In this document: one piece after another, positions 11,373-21,231 of the stretch
Layout: each line of letters starts with the position of its first letter
Position numbering within the stretch: position 1 is the stretch's first letter
Origin: an uncultured Pseudomonadales bacterium
Lineage (GTDB): Bacteria; Patescibacteriota; Microgenomatia; UBA1400; MFAQ01
Assembly: GCA_964357975.1 (NCBI GenBank)
Contig: CAYHNG010000002.1
Coordinates: 4,560 to 68,559, forward strand
Direction: 5' to 3'
Length of the DNA stretch: 64,000 nt
Program-made: the position numbers and the translations under genes
The notes under the pieces: generated by a model
What the model was told of the DNA's origin: nothing
The model's input: the letters and a program-made list of their open reading frames with translations, nothing else
Databases searched by the model: none

Positions 11373-12410
11373 TTATTTCAAGATGACTATCTTCTCAAGG
11401 ATGAAGTTTATTTCATCAAGAGTCTCAGCATCGACGGCTGTTGGGCTGATGACAGTTAAATAGCCGATCGAAGTCGGGGAAGTGTATTTACCCCCCGAAA
11501 TACTTTCGCAAACATCAAAGATTGAAGATGTATCGTCCGTGACTTTCTTGGCCCACCTCCAGGTGATAATATCTCGCTTAATCAAACTTCGAAAATCAGA
11601 GTAACGAACCGTCATCTCACCCCCGTCTGGGTCAGCCGGAAAAAGACACTCACTGACTTCTCCGGGAGCCTGACGGATGGTCAAAGTTGTGGTGCCTTTT
11701 ATTAGAGTAAGGGTGGAGTTTCCACCATCTTTAGAACTTGGAAAATTTCGATATTCCTTGATAGACCAAATCGTCGGATAATAAAATTGGTAAGAGGTAA
11801 ACAGAGGAAGCGGAGATCTAACCGTCATCATATTCCATCTAAGGTTCAGAAGTGAGGATGGTGTGGCTGTGGGAGCGGGAGGCAGAGTAATTTCGATGAC
11901 AGGTGAAGTCTCAAGTCCAGTTTCAGAAGGATTAACTTCCGGGTTGAGTCCGACATTTTCGGTAAACGGGGCAGAGGGAGACATGGGAAGGAAACGCGAC
12001 GCAAGAACACCAAGCAAGGTACCAAAAAGGATTAGGGCAACACCGGTCAACAAAGTTTTTGTTAGAGAAGGTGAGGATTTTTCAGTAGGTGGAAGGAGGG
12101 GTGGAGTTTCCTGATGACTTGTTTCCGGAGGCGTTATCCACAAGGATGTCGGGCTTGGCGGTGTTGTCGGAACCGAGAGTTGAGGATCCTGGAACGGAAT
12201 TTGAGGGGGTTCGACTCGAGGAGTGCCCACCGGCACTGCTGATTGGTCCCCTCCCCATGACTGAGGTGGAGTGTAACTGACTCCCAATCCGATTGACGGG
12301 TCCGGATCCGAAACTACCGTCCTGGAAGTTTCTGGACTCTCCATCAGGGAATCTTCCGGAGGGATCATTAGTTCTTGATCTTTCTGGTTTTGGTTCTGGT
12401 TCGGATCCAT
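11373..12410 (-). CDS. Pro-rich membrane-anchored hypothetical protein
   Basis: ORF with a central TM helix and Pro/Thr-rich N-terminal half. The 5' end overlaps the upstream gene by 329 nt, so the start is uncertain. Confidence 0.35.
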   Translation of the reverse strand: MDPNQNQNQKDQELMIPPEDSLMESPETSRTVVSDPDPSIGLGVSYTPPQSWGGDQSAVPVGTPRVEPPQIPFQDPQLSVPTTPPSPTSLWITPPETSHQETPPLLPPTEKSSPSLTKTLLTGVALILFGTLLGVLASRFLPMSPSAPFTENVGLNPEVNPSETGLETSPVIEITLPPAPTATPSSLLNLRWNMMTVRSPLPLFTSYQFYYPTIWSIKEYRNFPSSKDGGNSTLTLIKGTTTLTIRQAPGEVSECLFPADPDGGEMTVRYSDFRSLIKRDIITWRWAKKVTDDTSSIFDVCESISGGKYTSPTSIGYLTVISPTAVDAETLDEINFILEKIVILK

Positions 12411-15400
12411 GTTTGGTAGATTGATTGGTAGATAGAAGACCTTTTTCCATGAGCAATCGGAGGAGACTGGTGATCATTCTTAACCGGCCTCCGGAATTGG
12501 TCTCTTTTATTAGTTTATACGCTTCGTCGTAATTTAGCCATTTGACGTCGTCAAACTCTGTGGCGCCGATGGTGATATCGGTAGTGTTGGCTTCTGAAGT
12601 GTAAAAGTAATAATATTTTCCTTTCATCACTACCGGATCTCCCGAATCAGTCACCAAATCTCTTAGTCCTTGTTTTGAAGGAGGAAATTCTATTTTGTCG
12701 ACGGATATCAATTTAATATCCTGACTGCATTTTTTTACAAAATCCTCCGTAACCTCTTCTCCCATTTCCTGAAAGAAGGTTTCCTTGATTGTTTTTTTGT
12801 TGTCCACTCCTCCCTGAGGAAGAGTCCATTGATTAAACGATTTCTGATAAGTCAGAAGAATTTTTTTATCATGCAAGAAACAGCCAACAACACTTGGACG
12901 AAGTCCTTGATTCCTTAGGGCATCAAGATCCCCGAGAGTGGGTTCCTTGAGAGGGGTTGGTGAAACAACTGATGGAGGGAGATTTCTCGACTCCGCTCGA
13001 AATGACGAATCGGTCGGAGATTGCTTCGTTGTTTCACTTCTTCCGCCAGAGGCGGACTGATGCGCAATGACGGGTGTTGATTTTGTGGAAATAGTTTGTC
13101 CGGTGGTTTGAATGGCGGGTGTTGATGGCGGTTTGGAGATAGAGGGAATGACATCCGGAGTAGACACTGTCGATGACGATGGAGGGATTTTGAAAGGGTT
13201 GGGTTTGGATAAGGCCGGAGTGGGAGGAAGTTGGGGGGTGTATGGCGCCTTTGGTGGTGTGGGGGCTGTGGGAGCAGGTGAATTATCAGGGGTTCTAAGT
13301 GCCTTCGGAATATATGGGGGTTCGGTGTATCGTTTGGGAGCCGGGGTCATAATGGCGGTAACTTGAGACATATCCATGGGCTCGATTTTCCGATAGTACT
13401 TCTCATAAGTGGCTTCGAGAACTTTTTCTTTCTGATGAGTGCGAGTATCGGGTAAAGGTAAACCGTAGGATGAAAAAGGTTGTGTCATCTGAGAATCGAC
13501 AGACATTTTCATGGCCAATTGATATTTACCCAACCCAACGAGATCATCTGCGGTGTACAGATTGTTTAACTCTTTCATGATTCGGTCAGCATCTGAAGCT
13601 CCCACCACGTAGCTCATGACCGTACCAACGTTGCCAAAAATGGCGTTTTGAATCTCTTCAGGTAGTTGGGCGATATACTGGTTGGCAAGGACCAGGCCCA
13701 ATTTATATTTTCTGGCCTCAGAAAGTATTTTGACAAAAGAGGAGGTGGCGAAGTTTTGGAACTCATCGACATAGAGAAAAAATTCACGACGTTCCTCCTC
13801 CTTAATGTGGGCGCGATTCATGGCGGCAATTTGAATCTGAGAGATAAACATGGCGCCAAGTAAGGCCGCGTTGTCTTCTCCAATCTTACCTTGCGGAAGA
13901 TTGAGAATAATGATTTTGCCGGCATTCATCATATCCTCAAAATCGACAGTGCTTTTGGGATGGTTGATGATATCTCGGATGGTGGGTGAGGTGACGAATT
14001 GACCAACCTTGTTAAGAATTGGGGCAATTGCTTCCGTTTGGAATTTCTCCGAGTATTTGTCGTATTCATCACGCCAAAAGTTGACAAGTATAGGATCGGT
14101 AACATGAATAAGGCATTCTTTTTCTCGAAAATCTTTATTGGTTAGAATACGAGGGACATCGGCAAGGGTGGTTTCCGGTTTGTAGACTAACGTAAGTAAG
14201 GTGTTTCTGAGGATATACTCAAGACGAGGGCCCCAGGAATTGCCGTAGAGTTTACTAAAGATCGAGACAATACTGGAGGCGACCATTTCGCCTTGTGTCG
14301 GGTTTTTGACATACAGAGGGTTCATCCAAAATGATATCCCAGGTACTGAAGGATCCAGATAAGCAACGTCATTAATACGACTCTCCGGAATGTATTCAAG
14401 AAGAACTTCGGCCGCGTCACCGTGTGGATCAACAAAAGCAACCCCTTCCCCGTGTTGGATGTCATTAATGGCCATGCGACCAATAAGAGTTGACTTTCCT
14501 GTTCCTGACTTCCCCAAAATGTAGGTATGACGGAGGCGGTCGATCCCCTTCTTCATACCGAAGACGGCCAGATGGTTTTTATATTCCGTCTTGGCGAAGA
14601 AATTATAGAGATGCTTTTCACTATCAGGAATTCCCTCATCAACCGGTAAATTGGTGGGCGCTTCACCTTTGAGAGTTTTTCCCCAGGCAATCCCCTTGAT
14701 CGGAGCAAGTAAGACTCCCGGAAGGTGATACATGGCAGCGATCTCACCGTAATTAAGATATTGATACTGATTTGAATATTTCGCGGAGCGATCAAGCATC
14801 ATCTGACGGAGTTTCGTCAGAGAACCGGAGAATTTGTGTTTTTTTAAAGCTAAACTGTTTCCTTCAGACAAGGAATAAGTTCCAAAAGAAGCGGCCAATT
14901 GTGATAATAGCTGTTTTGAGGTGGCTTGATCGGGGGTAATTGCCGCAAGTCGAATATCACAACTAAAAGCTTGGAATAATAATTTTTTTTCGATAATGGA
15001 CTTGTAAGGACTTGGTTTACTTTTGGCCGGATCCGTAGCGGTTGCCGGAGTAACGGTCTCGAGAGAAGACCGAACTGATTTCTGCCAATTTTTGGGGGCA
15101 GCGAACAGACAAATTTGAATAATAGCGGCCTGGCCCGCCGGGACTCTTGCCAAACTGCCCAAGATGGAAGCCATCTGGTCCACCTTATCATCCAAAGTAC
15201 TATTCAGAGAAAGGTTGGATGGTCCGGTGAGAGCCAGCTGGCCAATAGCAGGTTGTCCATAATTCAACCAATCTGGAAGATAATCCTTCATGGGGGTGAT
15301 AAGGGCGGTGGGATACTGGGCGGCTATCTGGGCGCGAACAAGGTGTTCCAGTCGCTCGGGGCAGGCTATGATAAAGAACGTGGTTTGATTAAGGTTGACG

Positions 15401-15561
15401 ATCTCCAAACAAATAGTTTCATGGGTGCCCAACAGACGGTCCATAAAACCGGCCTTGAGTGAAGTTCTCAGAGAGGAAAGAAATTCGATGAAGGCTGCCT
15501 GCCCGGTAAGGGAGTCTTTCGCTGGACGAACCTGCAAAACAGAGTATTTGGGCAAGGCCAT
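12082..15561 (-). CDS. Soluble VirD4/TraD-family (T4CP-like, HerA/FtsK-related) P-loop ATPase with Pro-rich linker and C-terminal degenerate Nudix-like domain
   Basis: Walker A ILGKSGTGKSTLI, VDPHGD, Walker B YVDEFQNF, ARKYKLGLVLANQ C-terminal block. Long P/S/T linker, then WTLPQGGVDNKKTIKETFFQEMGEEV (Nudix-like box with R to Q). No N-terminal TM helices. Confidence 0.55.
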   Translation of the reverse strand: MALPKYSVLQVRPAKDSLTGQAAFIEFLSSLRTSLKAGFMDRLLGTHETICLEIVNLNQTTFFIIACPERLEHLVRAQIAAQYPTALITPMKDYLPDWLNYGQPAIGQLALTGPSNLSLNSTLDDKVDQMASILGSLARVPAGQAAIIQICLFAAPKNWQKSVRSSLETVTPATATDPAKSKPSPYKSIIEKKLLFQAFSCDIRLAAITPDQATSKQLLSQLAASFGTYSLSEGNSLALKKHKFSGSLTKLRQMMLDRSAKYSNQYQYLNYGEIAAMYHLPGVLLAPIKGIAWGKTLKGEAPTNLPVDEGIPDSEKHLYNFFAKTEYKNHLAVFGMKKGIDRLRHTYILGKSGTGKSTLIGRMAINDIQHGEGVAFVDPHGDAAEVLLEYIPESRINDVAYLDPSVPGISFWMNPLYVKNPTQGEMVASSIVSIFSKLYGNSWGPRLEYILRNTLLTLVYKPETTLADVPRILTNKDFREKECLIHVTDPILVNFWRDEYDKYSEKFQTEAIAPILNKVGQFVTSPTIRDIINHPKSTVDFEDMMNAGKIIILNLPQGKIGEDNAALLGAMFISQIQIAAMNRAHIKEEERREFFLYVDEFQNFATSSFVKILSEARKYKLGLVLANQYIAQLPEEIQNAIFGNVGTVMSYVVGASDADRIMKELNNLYTADDLVGLGKYQLAMKMSVDSQMTQPFSSYGLPLPDTRTHQKEKVLEATYEKYYRKIEPMDMSQVTAIMTPAPKRYTEPPYIPKALRTPDNSPAPTAPTPPKAPYTPQLPPTPALSKPNPFKIPPSSSTVSTPDVIPSISKPPSTPAIQTTGQTISTKSTPVIAHQSASGGRSETTKQSPTDSSFRAESRNLPPSVVSPTPLKEPTLGDLDALRNQGLRPSVVGCFLHDKKILLTYQKSFNQWTLPQGGVDNKKTIKETFFQEMGEEVTEDFVKKCSQDIKLISVDKIEFPPSKQGLRDLVTDSGDPVVMKGKYYYFYTSEANTTDITIGATEFDDVKWLNYDEAYKLIKETNSGGRLRMITSLLRLLMEKGLLSTNQSTKHGSEPEPKPERSRTNDPSGRFPDGESRNFQDGSFGSGPVNRIGSQLHSTSVMGRGPISSAGGHSSSRTPSNSVPGSSTLGSDNTAKPDILVDNASGNKSSGNSTPPSTY

Positions 15562-15582
15562 GAGTTAAGTATATAAAATAAA

Positions 15583-16194
15583 CTAGACAGTGGGAGTAGC
15601 AGAAAGAATACTCTGCCCGGAACGTCGAGCGTCAGACTCGATCACTTTGACTTCGGAAAACAGAACATTTTCGATAATCAAGGCACTAGTGTGAAAGAGA
15701 TCGTTTAATTCAGCTTTAAGCTGTGATTCGATTTTAGAGCGCTCGGCTCCGATTTCTTTAGAATCGTGCTTGCTAAAGGCTGAGGCGATCCGGCTCCGAG
15801 AGTATGGCCGGATGACTTTTGAGACAAAATTGTCACCAATATTTTCCCATAGAAGAGGAGCATTGGCTTTGTCCAAACGGAAAAGTATGGAGCCTTCGAT
15901 GGAGATGGTTTTGTTGTCTTTGGTGGTGGCAATGACCGGTTCGTCACCAAGAGCTTCCTTAATCGAAAGATCGAAGCCGTGCCTAATGGTATATTCCAGA
16001 ACCTGAGCGTTGAAGAGTTTAGCAATTTGCCAAAAGGGAATTTTGAGATGAAGACCAGGTCCCCAGACACGTTTAAGGACACCCGCTCCCCGATCGTAAA
16101 CACAAGCTACATGTCCGGGTGGAACGGAGATAAAGAAGCCACCAACGACTTCATCGACAAGAAAAGATACTACTAATTTATCAAAATCAGCCAT
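15583..16194 (-). CDS. SPFH/band-7 domain protein (stomatin/prohibitin-like)
   Basis: Domain-like pattern only; no catalytic motifs. Confidence 0.4.
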   Translation of the reverse strand: MADFDKLVVSFLVDEVVGGFFISVPPGHVACVYDRGAGVLKRVWGPGLHLKIPFWQIAKLFNAQVLEYTIRHGFDLSIKEALGDEPVIATTKDNKTISIEGSILFRLDKANAPLLWENIGDNFVSKVIRPYSRSRIASAFSKHDSKEIGAERSKIESQLKAELNDLFHTSALIIENVLFSEVKVIESDARRSGQSILSATPTV

Positions 16195-16217
16195 AACTTG
16201 GTCTATTATAACCTTTT

Positions 16218-17021
16218 TTACGCTGTCGGAGGAGTGCTTGTGGGGGGAGGAGTGCCCGGAGAGGTGGTGGTGGCTGCCGTTGAAGGCTGACTTGCGACGT
16301 CTTGGTGCCTGAAGGAGTAAGTAAGGTACAAAATCTGTCTGATGATTTTGAGGGCAATACCAAAGGCTAGAGAGGTGATAATAAAGACCTTTTTGCCGGC
16401 CGGAAGAAACATGAAAATCAGAAAGCTAACCACCGGAAGGATAATCACCAAAGAGATGAAATCCTTACGAGAAGGCTTGACAGGCTCAAAATAGAGGTGG
16501 ACTATTTCGCTTAGACAAATCATAAGAGACTGAAGCAGGTTTAGAGCGCTGTTGGTATGGGAAAGATCGTATTTCCCGAGAAACATTAAATTGATGGGTT
16601 GATGAACGGAAGGCATAAACTTATATAGCAAGTGCATGTCGGCTCCCTCGAGGCCGGTAGTAAAGATGCGATAAAGAATCAAAATGATTAACACCTGAAT
16701 GGTAATAGTAAAAATTTCAGAAAAAATAGCACCAGGACTTTGGCGCATTAGCTTCCTGATTTCTTCTTTCTGCTTGACAGGATCATAAGCCAGATCTTTT
16801 TTTACCTGCTTAACCATGAGCGAGATCTGAAGTTTTTCTTCGTCGGACTGTTCACCAACGAAATCGATGGGAAGAAGAATGAGGCGGACGGCTACCGCAA
16901 AAAGAATAACTGCAATGCCCATATCCGGGGCGGTAAAGACTTGCCCGACCAGCCAATAGAGGCCAACCAAAATATTGAAGAAAGGCTGATAAATGTAGAG
17001 AGTAAAGAAATCCATATTCAA
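16218..17021 (-). CDS. Polytopic membrane protein with Pro/Thr-rich tail (hypothetical)
   Basis: Multiple hydrophobic helices and a TPGTPPPTSTPP tail. Confidence 0.4.
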   Translation of the reverse strand: MNMDFFTLYIYQPFFNILVGLYWLVGQVFTAPDMGIAVILFAVAVRLILLPIDFVGEQSDEEKLQISLMVKQVKKDLAYDPVKQKEEIRKLMRQSPGAIFSEIFTITIQVLIILILYRIFTTGLEGADMHLLYKFMPSVHQPINLMFLGKYDLSHTNSALNLLQSLMICLSEIVHLYFEPVKPSRKDFISLVIILPVVSFLIFMFLPAGKKVFIITSLAFGIALKIIRQILYLTYSFRHQDVASQPSTAATTTSPGTPPPTSTPPTA

Positions 17022-17036
17022 AGGTAATTATATGTC

Positions 17037-17879
17037 CTAAGAAGTTTTTAGGTGGTGGCTGATTGCTCCGGCGAAGTCGGTGGTGTGCAGAAAAGCAGCG
17101 TGAAGATGAACAGTTTCACCGGTTTTTTTAGGAGACATATACAGGAGCTGTATGAGGTAAAAAAGATAATTTAGAGGGGCGAGGACATAAAATATGAGCA
17201 TGGAGTGAGATTTCTCCACTCGTTTCACTCGGTCGAAATGACGAGGACCTTTTTGTAATATCAGGGAAGTGTAGGCGTTGGCTAGATACTTTTTGGTCCA
17301 CCGATTTTCATAAAGAAAAGTCCGATAAGTGTCCCCCCTGTCCAAAAGAGGTACCACCTGGAGTACTTCGTGAGCCGTATATAAATTTCGTTTGTCTATG
17401 GGAACCGAAAGAGACAAGGAATCGAGCCAGAGATTGGGGCAGAAGGCATCAACCGCCGTCGAGTGGTCCTCCCCCGGATGACGCCGACGAAAAAATAGGG
17501 ACATGAGAATGATTACAACCGGGCGGACAAGCCAAAGACAATATGGAGAGGTCACAAAAAGGAGATCTATATCATCATGGGGGTGAGAGTTGCCGGCGGC
17601 CACCGATCCGGTAAGGGCAACCAGCCGAAGGCCGGGAAGAAATCTAAGAGTTTTGACCAGTTTCCGGGCATGTAAGGTTTTCAATTTTGAGGAGTGCGAA
17701 ACGGCCGAACGAAGCCTTTTCTGTGATGAAGTCATGGACGGAGGAAGTAGGCCTTTGATGGACCTAAATGGGACCGACATGGTGGTAACTAGCCAATAAT
17801 GAATCTCCTCAGGCGACAAGGGAAAATGAAAATAATCGGCGTATCTGATGGTTTTCGAAACGGCTCGACGAAGATCCAT
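17037..17879 (-). CDS. Nucleotidyltransferase-domain protein (pol-beta-like) carrying an in-frame family-A repeat
   Basis: LTGSVAAGNSHPHDDIDLLFV motif. The segment PRHFDRVKRVEKSHS is encoded by repeat copy A2. Confidence 0.4.
   Translation of the reverse strand: MDLRRAVSKTIRYADYFHFPLSPEEIHYWLVTTMSVPFRSIKGLLPPSMTSSQKRLRSAVSHSSKLKTLHARKLVKTLRFLPGLRLVALTGSVAAGNSHPHDDIDLLFVTSPYCLWLVRPVVIILMSLFFRRRHPGEDHSTAVDAFCPNLWLDSLSLSVPIDKRNLYTAHEVLQVVPLLDRGDTYRTFLYENRWTKKYLANAYTSLILQKGPRHFDRVKRVEKSHSMLIFYVLAPLNYLFYLIQLLYMSPKKTGETVHLHAAFLHTTDFAGAISHHLKTS
17201..17244. repeat. Family-A repeat, copy A2 (in frame inside the 17037-17879 CDS)
   Basis: GGAGTGAGATTTCTCCACTCGTTTCACTCGGTCGAAATGACGAG. Confidence 0.7.
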
Positions 17880-17881
17880 AA

Positions 17882-19390
17882 TTATGGCGTAGGCGTGAGA
17901 GTGGGGGCAGCAACCAAACCATACTGAGACAAAACCTGTGTGAAACCGTTATTTAAAGTCTCGATAATTTTGACATCTTCTTGATTGGTGGCAGTACTAT
18001 TGACTGCGTCCTCCAAATACTTTATGAGACGAGAATTGAGTGCCGTTTTGGAATCCTGAGTTTTGGAGGCCGTGTAAAAAGTCCGAGCGGTATTGAGACT
18101 GGAGATAAAGGGGGCGAGGATGGGATTTTTGGAAGCAATTTCGGCAACGGCCTTGTTTGCCGGAGGCTGAGGAAAACCCCGGTCTTGAGTGGCGGAATCA
18201 AAAAGTATTTGTTGGGCATTGGCTGAAGCCAAGAAACTAACAAATTTCCAGGCCTCTTGTGGGTGAAGACTATTCCTGGCAACACCTTCAAACCAAATGG
18301 AGGTCCAATTTATCGGATCGATATCCGGAAGTTGAGGAACAGGGACAACCTGCCAAGAGAGTGATGGGTTGATGGCTTTAATATCTTTGGCAACCCAACT
18401 GGGAGCAATAATCATGGCCACTTTCTCATTGGCGAAAGCTACCGTAGAAGGAGGCAAAGTATCATCCCAAACTTGATGTTTGGTGACAAAATCGGTGTAA
18501 TACTTAAGAGTAATTCCCACCTCGGATCCTTTGATGTCGGTGAGGGAAACTCCGGCTTGAAGAAGCATCATGGAAACAATGTCCGGCCAATATTCGACAT
18601 TGGTGGTGTTTCCGAGCGCTACTCCGGCTCGCCTAATTTTACCGGTAATGGGCTCCAGTTCTCTCACCGTTTTTGCTGCCGTGAGAAGATCTTCCCAAGT
18701 TTTAGGAGGTTGGAGTTGTTTTTGTTGAAGAATGGCAGTGTTGACAAATAGACCGAGTGTTTCAGCTGTCATGGGAGCACCGTAAACCTGATTACCGGAG
18801 ACGAGAAGCTTACTGATAATGGGATAAAAATTGGTTGATAGTTCGGTGGCAGAGAGAGTGTTAGGGGGAGCAGGAAGCAAATCGGCGGCAAAAAGAGGAA
18901 GCCAAGTTGTGTGCAAACGAACCACGTCCGGGGGTGTTTGAGCGGATAAGGCGGTCTTGACGCGATCTTGATAATCTTGTGGAGATTGCAACTGATAGTC
19001 AATTTTAATGTTGGGATTTTGTCTCTCGAAAGCGTCGATAACCGGTTTCATAACGGAGGATGGTTCCCATAAACCGAAATAGGTTAAGGTAACAGAATTG
19101 GTGGGAGACACGGATTGGGTTTTGCTGCCAACAGACTTCCCAAGAATCCGAAATAAGAGGAAGGCCACGAGGCCAATAACAAGAACACCGATAGCTATGG
19201 GGGCAATAACCTTTAGAGGCGAGGAATTACCCGAAGGAGGGTTGGCCGAAGCGGGAGGTTGGTAACCGGGTGGAGGAGGCGCCGCTTCTTCCGGACTAGG
19301 TAAAGGAGAGGCTTCCACCACCGGAGGAAGAAAATTCGAAGGTTCGGGAACGGTAGAAACGGGACCGGGTAGTGGAAATTGATTATCCAT
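17882..19390 (-). CDS. ABC transporter extracellular solute-binding protein (family 1, sugar-type), orphan
   Basis: N-terminal TM/signal anchor and SBP_bac_1-like pattern. No adjacent permease genes. Confidence 0.55.
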   Translation of the reverse strand: MDNQFPLPGPVSTVPEPSNFLPPVVEASPLPSPEEAAPPPPGYQPPASANPPSGNSSPLKVIAPIAIGVLVIGLVAFLLFRILGKSVGSKTQSVSPTNSVTLTYFGLWEPSSVMKPVIDAFERQNPNIKIDYQLQSPQDYQDRVKTALSAQTPPDVVRLHTTWLPLFAADLLPAPPNTLSATELSTNFYPIISKLLVSGNQVYGAPMTAETLGLFVNTAILQQKQLQPPKTWEDLLTAAKTVRELEPITGKIRRAGVALGNTTNVEYWPDIVSMMLLQAGVSLTDIKGSEVGITLKYYTDFVTKHQVWDDTLPPSTVAFANEKVAMIIAPSWVAKDIKAINPSLSWQVVPVPQLPDIDPINWTSIWFEGVARNSLHPQEAWKFVSFLASANAQQILFDSATQDRGFPQPPANKAVAEIASKNPILAPFISSLNTARTFYTASKTQDSKTALNSRLIKYLEDAVNSTATNQEDVKIIETLNNGFTQVLSQYGLVAAPTLTPTP

Positions 19391-19455
19391 AAATTAAATA
19401 GTCAAGTTAGAATATATAAACGGGGACTACCGATTACAGTTAAAGTATATCAAGA

Positions 19456-21183
19456 ATGGAAAAATTTAAATACCTCTTGGGTTCGTTGATGATGGTTATA
19501 TTGTTGACCATGACGATATATGTTGGCTTCAGGTTGGCCTTTAGAAAATTGATATTCCCCAAAGTAGATATCGCAGGAGTGGAAATGACTGGCTTAGATA
19601 AAGCTACCGCTTTAAAACTGATGACCTCCTATTTTGAAACAAATCCCAGTGAGGTATTGTTGGAAGCCGATGGAAAAGTTGTCTCAAAACTGACAGGGAT
19701 TAAAGTGGAGTACGATCTGGTGTGGGCGGTCGATCAAGCAATGGGGGTAGGCAGAAACGGAAATATTCTGACTCAAATTACCGAAACAGTAAAGGTGTTG
19801 CTTTATGGTAGAACTATTACCCTACCCGTCAGCTATAACAAGGATGATATCTTAGGCTTGGCAGATCAGATGTCGGAAAAGTTAAATCAGAAACCGGTAT
19901 GGCCAAAACTAGTGGGCGATAACAAAAAATTTAAGTTGGTACCCGGAAAAAATGGAGTGGAGGTAAAAACAAACGATCTGATCGGTGATATTATCAAACA
20001 GTTTGGTTTACCCGGTAGACACGTAATTCAGGTGCCCACCAATTTGGTTGAGACCAAAGAGAACAAGGAGTTAGTCCGACTGGCCACAGGAAGCTTAGAA
20101 AAGTGGGGTGACAGTATATTAACTCTTCGTTTTAGAGAGTTTGAAAAACAAGTGGGTAGTGAGGAGATGGCTGCCTTGTTTGGATTGATTAATGACCGGA
20201 TTGATGCCAATAGATTTGAATTACTGGTAAATGAAATCAAGCCTCTGGTTGAAACTGCGCCGAGAGATGCAATTTTTGTCTTTGAAAACAATAAGGTTAA
20301 TGAGTTCAAACCCGAAATTATCGGAGCCACGATCGATATTCCACAGTTCCAATCCAAACTGGCTGAAGCTCTTGTTTCCCCGGAAGAAAAAACCTTCGAA
20401 ATTCCGATGATTCTGACCTACCCAAAGGTAAAAACCGGTGATATCAACAACCTAGGAATCAAAGAACTGATCGGGTCAGGAAAATCTACCTTTTTTCATT
20501 CAATTCCCGGTAGAGTCTTTAATGTAAACTTGGCTGCTTCAAGGGTAAGTGGAACGTTGGTAGCACCCGGAGATGAGTTTTCCTTTGTAAATGCGGTAGG
20601 AGATATTTCCAAAGCCACCGGATATCAAACCGCTTATATAATAAGTGCAGGAAGAACTGTTTTGGGCGATGGTGGTGGTGTTTGCCAAGTATCAACAACC
20701 ACTTTTCGAGCCGCACTGGACGCAGGGTTGCCGATTACGGAAAGAAAAGCCCATGCTTATCGCGTCGGATATTACGAACAAGATAGCCCTCCCGGTATTG
20801 ATGCGACGGTCTATTATCCCACGGCCGATCTAAAGTTCTTAAACGATACAGGTAGCTATATTTTGATTCAAGAAACGGTAGACACCAAAAAATTATCCAT
20901 GCAGGTAGATATCTATGGCACGAGTGATGGGAGAAAATCAATCATTTCCAAACCGAGAATTTCAAACCAGACTCCTCCTCCACCCACAATGTATGTGGAT
21001 GACCCTACCCTACCTCTGGGAACCATGAAGCAGATTGACTGGTCGGCATGGGGGGCAAGGGTGGCTTTCGACTACAAGGTCGAACGAAACGGTGAAAGTA
21101 TTTATGAAAAAACCTTTGTAAGCAATTACCAACCTTGGCAGGCGATATATTTGAAGGGCACCGGAGATTTGGCAGTGAGGTAA
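19456..21183 (+). CDS. VanW-family protein
   Basis: N-terminal TM helix and the VanW core GDGGGVCQVSTTTFRAALDAGLPITERKAHAY. Confidence 0.7.
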   Translation: MEKFKYLLGSLMMVILLTMTIYVGFRLAFRKLIFPKVDIAGVEMTGLDKATALKLMTSYFETNPSEVLLEADGKVVSKLTGIKVEYDLVWAVDQAMGVGRNGNILTQITETVKVLLYGRTITLPVSYNKDDILGLADQMSEKLNQKPVWPKLVGDNKKFKLVPGKNGVEVKTNDLIGDIIKQFGLPGRHVIQVPTNLVETKENKELVRLATGSLEKWGDSILTLRFREFEKQVGSEEMAALFGLINDRIDANRFELLVNEIKPLVETAPRDAIFVFENNKVNEFKPEIIGATIDIPQFQSKLAEALVSPEEKTFEIPMILTYPKVKTGDINNLGIKELIGSGKSTFFHSIPGRVFNVNLAASRVSGTLVAPGDEFSFVNAVGDISKATGYQTAYIISAGRTVLGDGGGVCQVSTTTFRAALDAGLPITERKAHAYRVGYYEQDSPPGIDATVYYPTADLKFLNDTGSYILIQETVDTKKLSMQVDIYGTSDGRKSIISKPRISNQTPPPPTMYVDDPTLPLGTMKQIDWSAWGARVAFDYKVERNGESIYEKTFVSNYQPWQAIYLKGTGDLAVR

Positions 21184-21186
21184 CTA

Positions 21187-21220
21187 CAGATCTCGGATGT
21201 CAGATATCAGTTCTCAGATT
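21187..21220. repeat. Family-B CAGATNT heptamer tract, copy B1 (intergenic, upstream of tsaD)
   Basis: CAGATCTCGGATGTCAGATATCAGTTCTCAGATT. Confidence 0.6.
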
Positions 21221-21231
21221 AGAATATAAGG

